Of a DNA stretch of 7,267 nt, positions 6,992 to 7,267 are shown one piece after another (position 1 is the first letter of the stretch; every line of letters begins with the position of its first letter). Below the pieces are notes generated by a model. The model was given only the letters and a program-made list of their open reading frames with translations. It did not search any database and was not told the DNA's origin. The position numbers and the translations under genes were made by a program. Source of the DNA: a virus (Duplodnaviria; Heunggongvirae; Uroviricota; Caudoviricetes); the IMG/VR virus record IMGVR_UViG_3300030438_000051. One strand, written 5' to 3'.

Positions 6992-7267
6992 AAGATTTAA
7001 CACTCAAATTTGCAGACAGGGCCGACTTTTCGGCCTTTATGGATAGCACGGGCTATTATGATGACGAGTCGATGCAGGATGATATTCTTATTGACGTGAT
7101 AGGTAACGTGTACAAAGAAACCGGAGAACTGACTGAAGATGGCGAACCGGTGTGTGTTAAGGAAGACGGATATTTTGTAAACGTGCGCATCATTAATGAT
7201 GCAAAAAAATCGTCAATATTCGATGAATACGCGGTTGTTGTTGAACATCAACTTCGTGGCTGGATGT
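6988..7267 (+). CDS. Hypothetical acidic protein, 3'-truncated by the window edge; start overlaps the stf stop (ATGA); candidate tail-fibre accessory or chaperone
   Basis: ATG 6988..6990 overlaps the stf TGA (6989..6991) and is preceded by GGGGGAGAG (6973..6981). I translated the frame by hand and it stays open for 93 codons to the window end: MKDLTLKFADRADFSAFMDSTGYYDDESMQDDILIDVIGNVYKETGELTEDGEPVCVKEDGYFVNVRIINDAKKSSIFDEYAVVVEHQLRGWM. It is absent from the supplied ORF track. I see no resemblance to lambda Tfa. The function is an inference from position only. Confidence 0.5.
   Translation, partial: MKDLTLKFADRADFSAFMDSTGYYDDESMQDDILIDVIGNVYKETGELTEDGEPVCVKEDGYFVNVRIINDAKKSSIFDEYAVVVEHQLRGWM

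Noticed and set aside
4560-7267. Invertible tail-fibre segment (Gin/Pin/Cin-type shufflon such as Mu G or e14 P)
   Set aside because: I found no 26-bp gix/hix-like crossover site (…AAACC-NN-GGTTT…) inside stf, and the downstream gene is on the same strand and coupled to the stf stop rather than arranged as an inverted alternative 3' exon. The palindrome at 364..383 has the wrong architecture and position.

Overview
This window reads as the distal tail (tail-tip/host-range) module of a lambda-like enterobacterial phage or prophage, all on the + strand: the 3' end of tail assembly gene I (1..345), host-specificity/central tail fibre gene J (406..3887, interrupted by a 73-N run at 1332..1404), the outer-membrane moron lom (3955..4554) bracketed by two hairpin/T-run terminators, a side tail fibre gene stf (4619..6991), and a 3'-truncated unknown ORF whose ATG overlaps the stf stop (6988..7267). 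Family assignments rest on my recollection of the lambda I, J, Lom and Stf protein sequences, since no search could be run. I found no clearly new multi-gene system (no defence, CRISPR, toxin or retroelement signatures). The parts most worth follow-up are the chimeric stf, whose lambda-like N-terminus and Ala/Ser/Thr-rich repeat shaft are joined to an A+T-rich distal domain that is probably the receptor-binding domain, and the acidic ORF coupled to its 3' end, which does not resemble lambda Tfa. Antisense and alternate-frame ORFs in the track are judged to be artefacts.
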